Part shown: positions 38,870 to 51,434 of the stretch, in pieces | Layout: each line of letters starts with the position of its first letter | Position numbering within the stretch: the first letter of the stretch is position 1 | Assembly (NCBI RefSeq): GCF_902652985.1 | Contig: NC_047019.1 | Location: 47,058,001-47,122,000 of the forward strand | DNA: 64,000 nt | Origin: Pecten maximus | Lineage: Eukaryota | Reading direction: 5' to 3' | The notes under the pieces: generated by a model | Told to the model about the DNA's origin: nothing | The model's database searches: none | What the model saw: only the letters and a program-made list of their open reading frames with translations | Translations under genes and position numbers: made by a program

Positions 38870-39252
38870 CTTTATCTGTCCAAATAGCAAATTTCTTTAT
38901 CTGTCCAAATAGCAAATTTCTTTATCTGTCCAAATAGCAGTTTTTTTATCTGTACAAATAGCAAATTTCTTTATCTGTCCAAATAGCAAATTTCTTTATC
39001 TGTCCAAATAGCAATTTCTTTATCTGTACCAAATGGCAATTCTTTATGCCAATAGCTTTCTTTATCTGTACAAATAGCAAATTTTATCTGTACAAATAGC
39101 AAATTTCTTTATCTGTCCAAATAGCAAATTTCTTTATCTGTACAAATAGCAATTTTCTTTATCTGTCCAAATAGTAAATTTCTTTATCTGTCCAAATAGC
39201 AAATTTCTTTATCTGTACAAATAGCAAATTTCTTTATCTGTCCCAATAGCAA
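38870..39252. repeat. Minisatellite, 25-bp unit TTTATCTGTCCAAATAGCAAATTTC
   Basis: Read directly. Confidence 0.93.
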
Positions 39253-39659
39253 CCAGGAGTGTTCATCTCTCATTCCCTATATCTGTCTAAACGTATACGT
39301 ACTCCCCTTCAGTGTGCATCTGTCATTCTCTCAATCTAACCAAAGGAAGGCAGCTTTAAGTGCCATCTCTTTATCTGTCCAAATATGTACCACCTATAGT
39401 GTCCATCTCTTGTTTTCTATCTTTATCTCCCAAAATAGATAACACATAAATAGCTGTCCTCCATCTGTCCCCCGTCCCTATAGATACGATGTATTATAGT
39501 CTCTCACTGTAGGGCAAGTCTTCCACTCCCTGAAGAAAGGATGATAATAGTCCATTCTTGTAGGACAGTTGCGGTCATTCCCACTGATAATGTTACAAAA
39601 AACACATCGCTCTATTGTTATGCCCCAATGAAGTTGAGGGTTGGGTGGGATGGGGTTTT

Positions 39660-41759
39660 TGCCTGGTTGTAATATACCCACCCTTTCCCCCAGGATTTGC
39701 CTGGTTGTAATATACCCACCCATTTCCCCAGGATTATCCTGGTTGTAATATACCCACCCTATCTGTCAGGATTTGCCTGGTTGTAATATACCCACCCATT
39801 GCCCCAGGATTATCCTGGTTGTAATATACCCACCCTTTCCCCCAGGATTATCCTGGTTGTAATATACCCACACATTCCACCAAGATGTGCCTGGTTGTAA
39901 TATACCCACCCATTCCCCCAGGATTATCCTGGTTGTAATATACCCACCCATTCCCCCAGGATTATCCTGGTTGTAATATACCCACCCATTCCCCCAGGAT
40001 TATCCTGGTTGTAATATACCCACCCATTCCCCCAGGATTATCCTGGTTGTAATATACCCACCCATTCCCCCAGGATTATCCTGGTTGTAATATACCCTCC
40101 CTATCCACCAGGATTTTCCTGGTTGTAATATACCCACCCTTTCCCCCAGGATTATCTTGGTTGTAATATACCCACCCATTCCCCCAGGATTATCCTGGTT
40201 GTAATATACCCACCCATTCCCCCAGGATTATCCTGGTTGTAATATACCCACACATTCCCCCAGGATTTGCCTGGTTGTAATATACCCACCCATTTCCCCA
40301 GGATTATCCTGGTTGTAATATACCCACCCTATCTGTCAGGATTTGCCTGGTTGTAATATACCCACCCATTGCCCCAGGATTATCCTGGTTGTAATATACC
40401 CACCCTTTCCCCCAGGATTATCCTGGTTGTAATATACCCACACATTCCACCAAGATGTGCCTGGTTGTAATATACCCACCCATTCCCCCAGGATTATCCT
40501 GGTTGTAATATACCCACCCTTTCCCCCAGGATTATCCTGGTTGTAATATACCCACCCATTCCCCCAGGATTATCCTGGTTGTAATATACCCACCCATTCC
40601 CCCAGGATTATCCTGGTTGTAATATACCCACCCATTCCCCCAGGATTATCCTGGTTGTAATATACCCTCCCTATCCACCAGGATTTTCCTGGTTGTAATA
40701 TACCCACCCTTTCCCCCAGGATTATCTTGGTTGTAATATACCCACCCATTCCCCCAGGATTATCCTGGTTGTAATATACCCACACATTCCCCCAGGATTA
40801 TCCTGGTTGTAATATACCCACCCATTCCTCCAGGATTATCCTGGTTCTAATATACCCACCCATTCCCCCAGGATTATCCTGGTTGTAATATACCCACCCA
40901 TTCCCCCAGGATTATCCTGGTTGTAATATACCCACACATTCCCCCAGGATTATCCTGGTTGTAATATACCCACCCTTTCCCCCAGGATTATCCTGGTTCT
41001 AATATACCCACCCATTCCCCCAGGATTATCCTGGTTGTAATATACCCACACATTCCCCCAGGATTATCCTGGTTGTAATATACCCACCCATTCCGCCAGG
41101 ATTATCTTGGTTGTAATATACCCACCCATTCCCCCAGGATTATCCTGGTTGTAATATACCCACACATTCCCCCAGGATTATCCTGATTGTAATATACCCA
41201 CCCATTCCCCCAGGATTATCCTGGTTGTAATATACCCACACATTCCCCCAGGATTATCCTGGTTGTAATATACCCACACATTCCCCCAGGATTATCCTGG
41301 TTCTAATATGCCCACCCATTCCCCCAGGATTATCCTGGTTGTAATATACCCACCCATTCCCCCAGGATTATCCTGGTTGTAATATACCCACACATTCCCC
41401 CAGGATTATCCTGGTTGTAATATACCCACCCTTTCCCCCAGGATTATCCTGGTTCTAATATACCCACCCATTCCCCCAGGATTATCCTGGTTGTAATATA
41501 CCCACACATTCCCCCAGGATTATCCTGGTTGTAATATACCCACCCATTCCCCCAGGATTATCCTGGTTGTAATATACCCACACATTCCCCCAGGATTATC
41601 CTGGTTGTAATATACCCACCCATTCCGCCAGGATTATCTTGGTTGTAATATACCCACCCTTTCCACCAGGATTTTCCTGGTTGTAATATACCCACCCATT
41701 CCCCTAGGATTATCCTGGTTGTAATATACCCACACATTCCACCAAGATGTGCCTGGTTG
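39660..41759. repeat. Minisatellite, 38-bp unit CAGGATTATCCTGGTTGTAATATACCCACCCATTCCCC
   Basis: Read directly; 570-bp higher-order duplication (marker ATCTGTCAGG at 39761 and 40331). Confidence 0.97.
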
Positions 41760-42273
41760 GTGCCCAGAGTACTGATGAAGTAGAACAAATTATCTGATGA
41801 CATCCCAGCTTGGCCGGATCAATAAGCTTTGATAAGCACTATATCCATACGTAGCATTCTGCGTGCTTTTTTTCATGGATGACTGTACATGAATGGTATA
41901 TTAATGCTAAAAAACTTGGAATGATTGATGTGACTAGATAATTGAAGGTAGATTTTTGTGTATTCTCAGATAGACATCTAATTACGTGGTATGAGGAAAG
42001 CCAGTGCTATCATCCCTGAGCTTCTAATCTAGACTGTGTTTACTGGATGGCTTAGTTGCACATTCTCTGATCAGCACACTGCTGGTTTTACGGCCATAAT
42101 TCTATAGATGTCATTGTTGATTTCACTCTTATAAATCAGATATAAAAAAGATATATCGGAAATCAGCAGTTACTGGTAAATAGACTGTGTTACATAGACA
42201 GGACACTGATTAACTCTCATGTATAACGGAATCAATTAATAGGATAACACTCATAATACTGGAGTCTCATTGT

Positions 42274-43865
42274 GTATACTCAACACAGGAACATAGTATA
42301 CTAAACACAGCAACAGTATACTCAACACAGGAACATAGTATACTCCACACAGGAACATAGTATACTCAACACAGAAACATAGTATACTCCACACAGGAAC
42401 ATAGTATACTCAACACAGGAACATAGTATACTCAACACAGGAACATAGTATACTCAACACAGGAACATAGGAACATAGTATACTCAACACAGGAACAGTA
42501 TACTCAACACATGAACATAGTTTACTCAACACAGGCACAGCATACTCAACACAGTAACATAGTATACTCAACACAGGAACAGTATACTCAACACAGGAAC
42601 AGTATACTCAACACAGTAACATAGTATACTCAACACAGGAACAGTATACTCAACACAGGAACATAGTATACTCAACACAGGAAAAGTATATATACTCAAC
42701 ACTGGAACATAGTGTACTCAACACAGGAACATAGTATACTCAACACAGAAACATAGTTTACTCAACACAGGAACATAGTATACTCAACACAGGAACATAG
42801 TATACTCAACACAGAAACATAGTATACTCAACACAGGAACATAGTATACTAAACACAGGAACATAGTTTACTCAACACAGGCACAGCATACTCAACACAG
42901 TAACATAGTATACTCAACACAGGAACAGTATACTCAACACAGGAACAGTATACTCAACACAGTAACATAGTATACTCAACACAGAAACATAGTATACTCC
43001 ACACAGGAACATAGTATACTCAACACAGGAACATAGTATACTCAACACAGAAACATAGTATACTCCACACAGGAACATAGTATACTCAACACAGGAACAT
43101 AGTATACTCAACACAGGAACATAGTATACTCAACACAGGAACATAGGAACTAGTAATAACTCAACACAGAAAACAGTATACTCACCCATGAACATATTTA
43201 CTCCACACAGGCACAGCAATACTCACACAGTACATAGTATACTCAACACAGGAACAGTATACTCAACACAGTAACCATAGTAACTCAACACAGGAGCATT
43301 ACTCAACCAGGAACATAGTATACTCAACAACAGGAAAAGTATTTACTCAACACTGAACATATTGTCTCAACACAAGAACAGAGTATACTCACACAGTAAC
43401 CTAGTATAACTCAACACAGGAACATAGTATACTCACACAGGAACATAGTAATACTCACACGAAACTAGTATACTCAACACAGGTAACATAAGTTACTAAA
43501 CATGAACATAGTATACTCAACACAGGAACATAGTATACTCAACACAGGAACACAGTATACTCAACACAGTAACATAGTATACTCAACACAGCAACAGTAT
43601 ACTCAACACAGTAACATAGTATACTAAAACAGCAACAGTATACTCAACACAGGAACATAGTATACTCCACACAGGAACATAGTATACTCAACACAGAAAC
43701 ATAGTATACTCCACACAGGAACATAGTATACTCAACACAGGAACATAGTATACTAAACACAGGAACATAGTATACTAAACACAGGAACATAGTATACTCA
43801 ACACAGGAACAGTATACTCCACACAGGAACAGTATACTCAACACAGAAACATAGTATACTCAACA
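42274..43865. repeat. Minisatellite, 22/20-bp unit ACACAGGAACA(TA)GTATACTCA
   Basis: Read directly. Confidence 0.95.
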
Positions 43866-44198
43866 TTTCTCGGTAGATATATAGTCATGTGCATCCCACA
43901 AACACCTCGTGATACAACATATCTCGATAGATATGGTATGTATTTTGATATTTTACTCTCGTGCTTCGAAGTACTCATAAAATTATCAATATTCTTTCAT
44001 ACTCATGAAATACATGTTATGTTCGACGAGAAAGCATTCAATATCCTCTATGTATATATCCTCTCATACAGAAATATGACTTGCTTATTTCTGGTCACCT
44101 GGCAGATTGATTTTTTTTCTTAGGATATATTTCAATGCATGATGGTTATTCAATACTTTACTTTTTTTTAGATGCATCCATTATCTAAATTGTAAATA

Positions 44199-44679
44199 CA
44201 GTGGAACTTCGTTAACTCGAACTCAACAGGACCACGAGAAAACTTTAAGTTATCCGCGTGTTCAAATTAAGCGAGTTGTCATTTGTGGTGCAAAGTTTGG
44301 TCAATATTTGTCAACATTATATAATCATTATAACTTCGCTCTGTCACTCATCAGTTAAGTTTAAAGACTGGTCAATACATGTACATGTATATGTAATGTT
44401 TCGTTCTGTCACTCGTAGTTTGGTGTAGATTTGCCGATATACAGTCATTATAAAGTTTCTTTTGCTTAGTCACTTCAATAATGATCCGATGTACATGTCA
44501 TGTTTGCAAAAGGAATAACGATAAAACTGAATTCAACCGAATAACAATTTATTAATGTCATATCAAATAACCGTTTAAATTTAACACAGATTATATGTAA
44601 AACGTAACAGAACCATTACCTTATATTGGACATATAAAATACTGTTTGATAGGCCTACATACATTTTACCGATAACCAC
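44199..44679 (-). mobile_element. Truncated, diverged copy of the 13582-14795 Tigger-type element, inverted relative to it
   Basis: TA followed by the same TIR CAGTGGAACTTCGTTAACTCGAA; aligns colinearly to the reverse complement of ~14315-14795. Confidence 0.9.
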
Positions 44680-44899
44680 AAAATTCTTCTCAAGTACCAC
44701 CAGTGACATTCAACTCAAACTTGGCTACATTGATCTTGAGATGACATGTGATGATCAAGTGTTGTTATTTTTCCGGTCAATTAAAAATCCAAGATGGTCG
44801 CCTTGACCAACAATACCACTATACTTGCTACTGAATATGCTACCATAGTAAAAGGGTCTTGAGAGTCAGATGACTTTCAAGGACCATAGGCCTCTTGTT
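44680..44899 (+). mobile_element. 3' fragment of a Helentron/HINE-like element
   Basis: TTCTTCTCAAG..AAACTTGG..AAATCCAAGATGGTCGCC core and terminal GGACCATAGGCCTCTTGTT, both recalled as typical of bivalve HINE repeats. Confidence 0.5.
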
Positions 44900-45882
44900 T
44901 CAAGTCTTGCATGTCCATAAATACTGTTTTATTTGACTTGATGTTTGCATGGTAATTATCTAATTTTACTGAAAAATATAAGAGCCTGTTATACATTGGA
45001 TGTAAATAAAAACTCCCATCATTTTATGATATGTATGGTAGTAGTAATATATCTTTTTCAAAGGCAGATATTAAATTGAAGAAATTGTCAATTTTTTATG
45101 ATTTCCATTTTATTGCTCGTATGATTTGCAATATGCAATTATGGACTTAATAGGATATTGACAAGAGAGTGAGTAATTAAAGTGTTTATTGGGTATGATG
45201 GGGAGTATTAGGCAGCAGATTAGAGTGAGTTTTTTATATTGCAGGACTGGCGACATTGTGTTATCGGGTGATGGGCACAGCAAGTATGAATTTTTATCCT
45301 CAGCTAGCACTCTCTTACTCCGAAAAATCTCTCTGGACTTGTTCACTTACATATATGGCTTTGTTTGTATAATCTGCTGTGTGGTGTCTTCAACCATAGT
45401 TTCTAAAAACACATTAAAAATTCTGAGTGACATGTTTTACGTTTTCACTGTGGGTTGTTGCCTATTTACATGCATATATATATGGGAAATATTATCCAAA
45501 AGTATATATATGTGCTTTGTATAGATATATATATACACAGAGAAATACTATAATGTATTTACTTGTCGGGTGCTACCACACCTATATAGAGAGCACAATT
45601 GTGTAGCTGGCATTTAGCCAATATGTTCTATAATTTATGACAGCACGATTATGAATTCAGCCTTTTCTACAAAATAAAATTTCCATTAAACTCTCTGGAA
45701 TATAATTGTATTTATATCGTATTACCAGAGATACAGTCATAACATTTCTGTTATAAAGCTTGGGTTTTTTCGTGTCAACAAAAGTTCCGTTGGCTATGGT
45801 GTCGACCATGTCTGGATCATCAATATAACAGTATAATGTTCAGTTTATCAAAAGTCTTTACATTAACCAAACTTGGTATATA

Positions 45883-46812
45883 CAGTCGAACCTGGTTATA
45901 TTGAAATCCTGGGGGAATGGAAAAATACTTCAATATGACAGGTATTCAATATAAAGGATACAGCCAGTGGCCGACATATTTCAGTACCGCGCTACGTCAG
46001 TACCGCGCTACGTCAGTACCGCACTACGTCAAACAACACACCATTGCCCAATATAGTTAATCGACATACCATTTAGTCAGTATTTACAATTGGTTCCCAA
46101 ATGATAATATTTTCACAGTTTATTAGAAATAATGTTAAATTCGACGGGAGAAGTCTTCGACTGTTGCTTGTTTTTGTTTATTTTAAGTTCGCGGGAAACA
46201 GTTTCTGGTACATCCGGGCTACTTTCCACGAAACTACCATCTGAAATATCAGTCCCTTGTATGGGTGATAGATATATTTCCACGAATCGTTTGAGGGTCA
46301 TCGTCATTATCACCGTCCTGGTTACATCGTTATCATTGTCTGTCAAATCTCTAAGAATGGCCTCCTCATTTGCTATTGTCTCGCGTGTAGTTAAATGAGA
46401 GTCAATTTCGATGTATGTATGTAGCAGATGCCAAAATAAGCTTTGTCCCTCAAGGTATACTTGTATATAAATACAGATTCATGCTCATAGCTAACATATT
46501 TGATTATCAAAAGTCACTATTTATTTGTATTGTGTAAATCAGAATTTCATTTTTACCCGTCTATTGATCGAATGCACGTATCGTAATGGCTGTGGTAACT
46601 TTTAATTTAAGCGATATATAAACAATGGTTTAGCATTGCTGGGGGCAATAATTTCCTTTCAAATAAAGCGATATTTCAAATAAACCGATTCCAAAATAAG
46701 AGATGAAACAAAAAAAAGACAAAGAAGGCATTTGGACGAGGATTTTATTTCACGTACTTCAAATTAAACAATATTTCAATATATCCAATTTCAAATTAAG
46801 TGAGTTCGGCTG
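45883..46812 (-). mobile_element. Old internally deleted Tigger/pogo-type DNA transposon with a transposase C-terminal remnant
   Basis: TA-CAGTCGAAC...GTTCGGCTG-TA with imperfect ~25-bp TIRs. The minus strand reads YIEIDSHLTTRETIANEEAILRDLTDNDND and later KNKQQSKT, like the acidic tail and KQ.KI end of Tigger transposases. Confidence 0.7.
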
Positions 46813-47142
46813 TAGTTAAATCACATAATGGACATATCAATCAGAATATTATCAATATTTCATAGTCAAAGGACTCTGTAAAGTAGCTTTTGGGCATATA
46901 ATTAAGTTAAAAGTAAAAAAACAATTTTAACCTAACCTGATATATAGTTTGATTGACCATCTAATATAGCTATTGGAATGTACCACATAGATTAAATTTC
47001 AAATTTAAATGGCAGATTATAGTGATTTAACATTGAAAATTATGTTGTATTTCAGAGAGAATTTTTTTTTTTTTTTTTTTTTTAGGAAGGCTGATGTTCC
47101 TGGCTAGAACATATTATCTTATGAGAAATTTCTATAAAATCT

Positions 47143-47395
47143 ATGATAGAAGTTATATAGCACAACCAATATGATATTTAAGAGTGTGACGTTTCGATGA
47201 CTACACTGTCACCTTCATCAGACTAATGACCAATGTTAATCATATTAAGCACTGTAGACATGTAGTGTCCGAGATGGTGATAGACTTGATCTACTGTTTA
47301 GGATGTTTCGTTTCTATCATAATCACATTGACATCAAGTTTGAAAAAAGTGTGATGAGATTGTGACAATAAACATGAAGAAAATGTTCCAGAATA
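47143..47395 (-). mobile_element. 253-bp insertion flanked by 13-bp direct repeats; Penelope pLTR/retrozyme-like remnant
   Basis: TTCTATAAAATCT at 47130-47142 and 47396-47408; contains a hammerhead core motif. Confidence 0.55.
47183..47226 (-). ncRNA. Minimal type I hammerhead ribozyme motif, stem I degenerate
   Basis: Minus strand: GU-CUGAUGA-A-GGUGAC-aguguA-GUCAUC-GAAAC-GUC-AC. Conserved core, 6-bp stem II, palindromic ACGU stem III, GUC cleavage triplet. Confidence 0.6.
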
Positions 47396-47765
47396 TTCTA
47401 TAAAATCTGTTCAGCCTGTATGTGTCAGTTCAAACCTTGTTTTCAGTTATATATTGAAACATTAAGTACTCTTTTAGGCTGACTTATATTTCATTAAGAC
47501 AAGTGAAATTTTTGGGTAAAAAACATATTTTAAATGCTGAAATTTTAGAAATAATGATTCTGCAAAATTTGCATAATGAATCAATCTTGCAACATGTCTT
47601 CACATACAAGTGTCCTTTGCTGTATGTGAAATTACCTTGAGTGAAAGTCTTTGCTACTATTAACACAGTTATTAGGTACAATTTGAGTGAAAGTCTTGCT
47701 ATTAACATGGATTAACACTTTTGAGGGAAATAACATTTGTTACTTAAACTTGAGTGAAATTTATG

Positions 47766-49918
47766 TAAAACCTGACTATACTGATACTGGAACAGACATA
47801 AAACCTGGCTATACTGATACTGGAACAGGTCAGACATAAAACCTGACTATACTGATACTGGAACAGACATAAAACCTGACTATACTGATACTGGAACAGA
47901 CATAAAACCTGACTATACTGATACTGGAACAGACATAAAACCTGACTATACTGATACTGGAACAGGTCAGACATAAAACCTGACTATACTGATACTGGAA
48001 CAGGTCAGACATAAAACCTGACTATACTGATACTGGAACAGACATAAAACCTGACTATACTGATACTGGAACAGGTCAGACATAAAACCTGACTATACTG
48101 ATACTGGAACAGACATAAAACCTGGCTATACTGATACTGGAACAGACATAAAACCTGACTATACTGATACTGAAACAGACATAAAACCTGGCTATACTGA
48201 TACTGGAACAGACATAAAACCTGGCTATACTGATACTGGAACAGGTCAGACATAAAACCTGGCTATACTGATACTGGAACAGACATAAAACCTGGCTATA
48301 CTGATACTGGAACAGGTCAGACATAAAACCTGACTATACTGATACTGGAACAGGTCAGACATAAACCTGACTATACTGATACTGGAACAGACATAAAACC
48401 TGACTATACTGATACTGGAACAGACATAAAACCTGACTATACTGATACTGGAACGGGTCAGACATAAAACCTGACTATACTGATACTGGAACAGGTCAGA
48501 CATAAAACCTGACTATACTGATACTGGAACAGGTCAGACATAAAACCTGGCTATACTGATACTGGAACAGGTCATACATAAAACCTGACTATACTGATAC
48601 TGGAACAGACATAAAACCTGACTATACTGATACTGGAACAGGTCAGACATAAAACCTGACTATACTGATACTGGAACAGACATAAAACCTGACTATACTG
48701 ATACTGGAACAGGTCAGACATAAAACCTGGCTATACTGATACTGGAACAGACATAAAACCTGACTATACTGATACTGGAACAGACATAAAACCTGACTAT
48801 ACTGATACTGGAACAGACATAAAACCTGACTATACTGATACTGGAACAGGTCAGACATAAAACCTGACTATACTGATACTGGAACAGACATAAAACCTGA
48901 CTATACTGATACTGGAACAGACATAAAACCTGGCTATACTGATACTGGAACAGGTCAGACATAAAACCTGACTATACTGATACTGGAACAGACATAAAAC
49001 CTGGCTATACTGATACTGGAACAGGTCAGATATAAAACCTGGCTATACTGATACTGGAACAGACATAAAACCTGACTATACTGATACTGGAACAGACATA
49101 AAACCTGACTATACTGATACTGGAACAGGTCAGACATAAAACCTGACTATACTGATACTGGAACAGGTCAGACATAAAACCTGACTATACTGATACTGGA
49201 ACAGGTCAGACATAAAACCTGGCTATACTGATACTGGAACAGACATAAAACCTGACTATACTGATACTGGAACAGACATAAAACCTGACTATACTGATAC
49301 TGGAACAGACATAAAACCTGACTATACTGATACTGGAACAGGTCAGACATAAAACCTGACTATACTGATACTGGAACAGACATAAAACCTGACTATACTG
49401 ATACTGGAACAGGTCAGACATAAAACCTGACTATACTGATACTGGAACAGACATAAAACCTGACTATACTGATACTGGAACGGGTCAGACATAAAACCTG
49501 ACTATACTGATACTGGAACAGGTCAGACATAAAACCTGACTATACTGATACTGGAACAGACATAAAACCTGACTATACTGATACTGGAACAGGTCAGACA
49601 TAAAACCTGACTATACTGATACTGGAACAGACATAAAACCTGACTATACTGATACTGGAACAGGTCAGACATAAAACCTGACTATACTGATACTGGAACA
49701 GATATAAAACCTGACTATACTGATACTGGAACAGGTCAGACATAAAACCTGACTATACTGATACTGGAACAGGTCAGACATAAAACCTGACTATACTGAT
49801 ACTGGAACAGACATAAAACCTGACTATACTGATACTGGAACAGACATAAAACCTGACTATACTGATACTGGAACAGACATAAAACCTGACTATACTGATA
49901 CTGGAACAGGTCAGACAT
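47766..49918. repeat. Minisatellite, 33/38-bp unit ACCTGACTATACTGATACTGGAACAG(GTCAG)ACATAAA
   Basis: Read directly. Confidence 0.97.
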
Positions 49919-50085
49919 GATTACGTGTAATTCTTGTTTTGCATAGGCACTCAGTCTCTTTAACACGTCACTTCCAGTTCATGTATGGAAATGATATTAC
50001 TCGCACAAAAAAATTGGTATTGATATAAATAAGAACCACAATGGTTGACTGGAGTGTTACTACAGTGTATCATTTGCAGTGCCAT

Positions 50086-50203
50086 GTCACCTGAGACCTG
50101 TTCTAATTGCCTTTTGTCCATCGTGCTGTGTGTACTGTCCCTATGTAATCAATTTACATTTTAGTCTTCTTTTCAGAAACCCTTGAACAAATTGCACAAA
50201 TCT
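50086..50203 (+). mobile_element. 5' fragment of a Helentron/HINE-like element
   Basis: GTCACCTGAGAC..TTCTAATTGCCTTTTGTCCATCGT..CAATTTACATTTT..CTTCT, a recalled HINE 5' architecture. Confidence 0.45.
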
Positions 50204-50670
50204 TACATCAGTTACCCTTGTCCTCAATACAGGAAATGTTACATTGGGTACCCTTGTCTCCAAAACAGTAAATGTTACATTGGGTACCCTTGTCCTCAAT
50301 ACAGGAAATGTTACATTGGGTACCCTTGTCCTCAATACAGGAAATGTTACATTGGGTACCCTTGTCCTCAATACAGGAAATGTTACATTGGGTACCCTTG
50401 TCCTCAATACAGGAAATGTTACATTGGGTACCCTTGTCCTCAATACAGGAAATGTTACATTGGTACCCTTGTCTCCAAAACAGTAAATGTTACATTAGGT
50501 ACCCTTGTCCCCAATACAGTAAATGTTACATTGGGTATCCTTATCCTCAATACAGGAAATGTTACAAAATGTTCCAGTGTTGCTACAATAGAGGAAATGT
50601 GATATTGGGTACTGTTGTCCCCAATACAGGAAATGTTACAAAATGTTCCAGTGTTGCTACAATAGAGGAC
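50204..50670. repeat. Minisatellite, 36-bp unit AAATGTTACATTGGGTACCCTTGTCCTCAATACAGG, ending in a two-copy longer unit
   Basis: Read directly. Confidence 0.93.
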
Positions 50671-51434
50671 ATGTCACATTCAATGTAGTTTTATTTGCTT
50701 AATTCAGAATGTGCTGAGATTAGGTGGGAATTGGCTGAAGTGTCAATATGGATATTGAACATGGTGACAAGAATGACAGAGAATTAATTAACGGAATTTC
50801 ATTTTCCTATTGGATTATTTGGAAATTTCCTTCCGGAGCAATCTTAGGAAGATTGACCAAAGTCAATTTAGAATCCAAATGGGTTTTGCTTGTTGGCAAT
50901 AAAGAGGGAGTGAGTTTGTGTGCTAGGCACAGATGACTTGGGTACAGGCTTTTTGGGATCGCAGCATGCAAAATTCTGTCAACAGGTCTGTACTCAGCAC
51001 AATATATGGTTACTATCCTAAATGTCAGCCTCTTCTCATCGCGCAAGATTTGGAGTTGACAATAAGGAAAAATGTCATCTTAATTTGGTTTTCTGAAATA
51101 ATAAATGATATCTAGAAAGCTTTTAGACTCTCTGGGCTAATGAAATGGAGATGCATGGCGGTTGTCTCCTGTACAAAGGTTAGATTCTTCTATATACACA
51201 TGAGATATGGGTAGCGTTTTATACTTTCTATACCCTCTGCAAAAGGTTTCAATGGGGCTCTTATATGTTTTAGCATTTACTCATTACTTCAAAGTAGTCA
51301 TTGGTGAATCTACCATTGTAACAATTTTTCCATCTATAAAGGTAGCCAGAAACCACTGAGGTGTACAAACTTTAAATATTTATATTTTTATTTGCCAAGC
51401 TTACATGAATAAGTAATATGCCTTTTTATGAGGG

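Noticed and set aside
33300-42300. Apparent switch from G-rich to C-rich arrays near the DGK first exon
   Set aside because: Too many exceptions (5.4, 36.3, 51.4 and 56.8-64 kb) to support a polarity claim.
45189-45524. 111-aa hydrophobic ORF in the DGK intron
   Set aside because: No recognisable homology and no phase-compatible donor; the hydrophobicity is explained by T-rich DNA.
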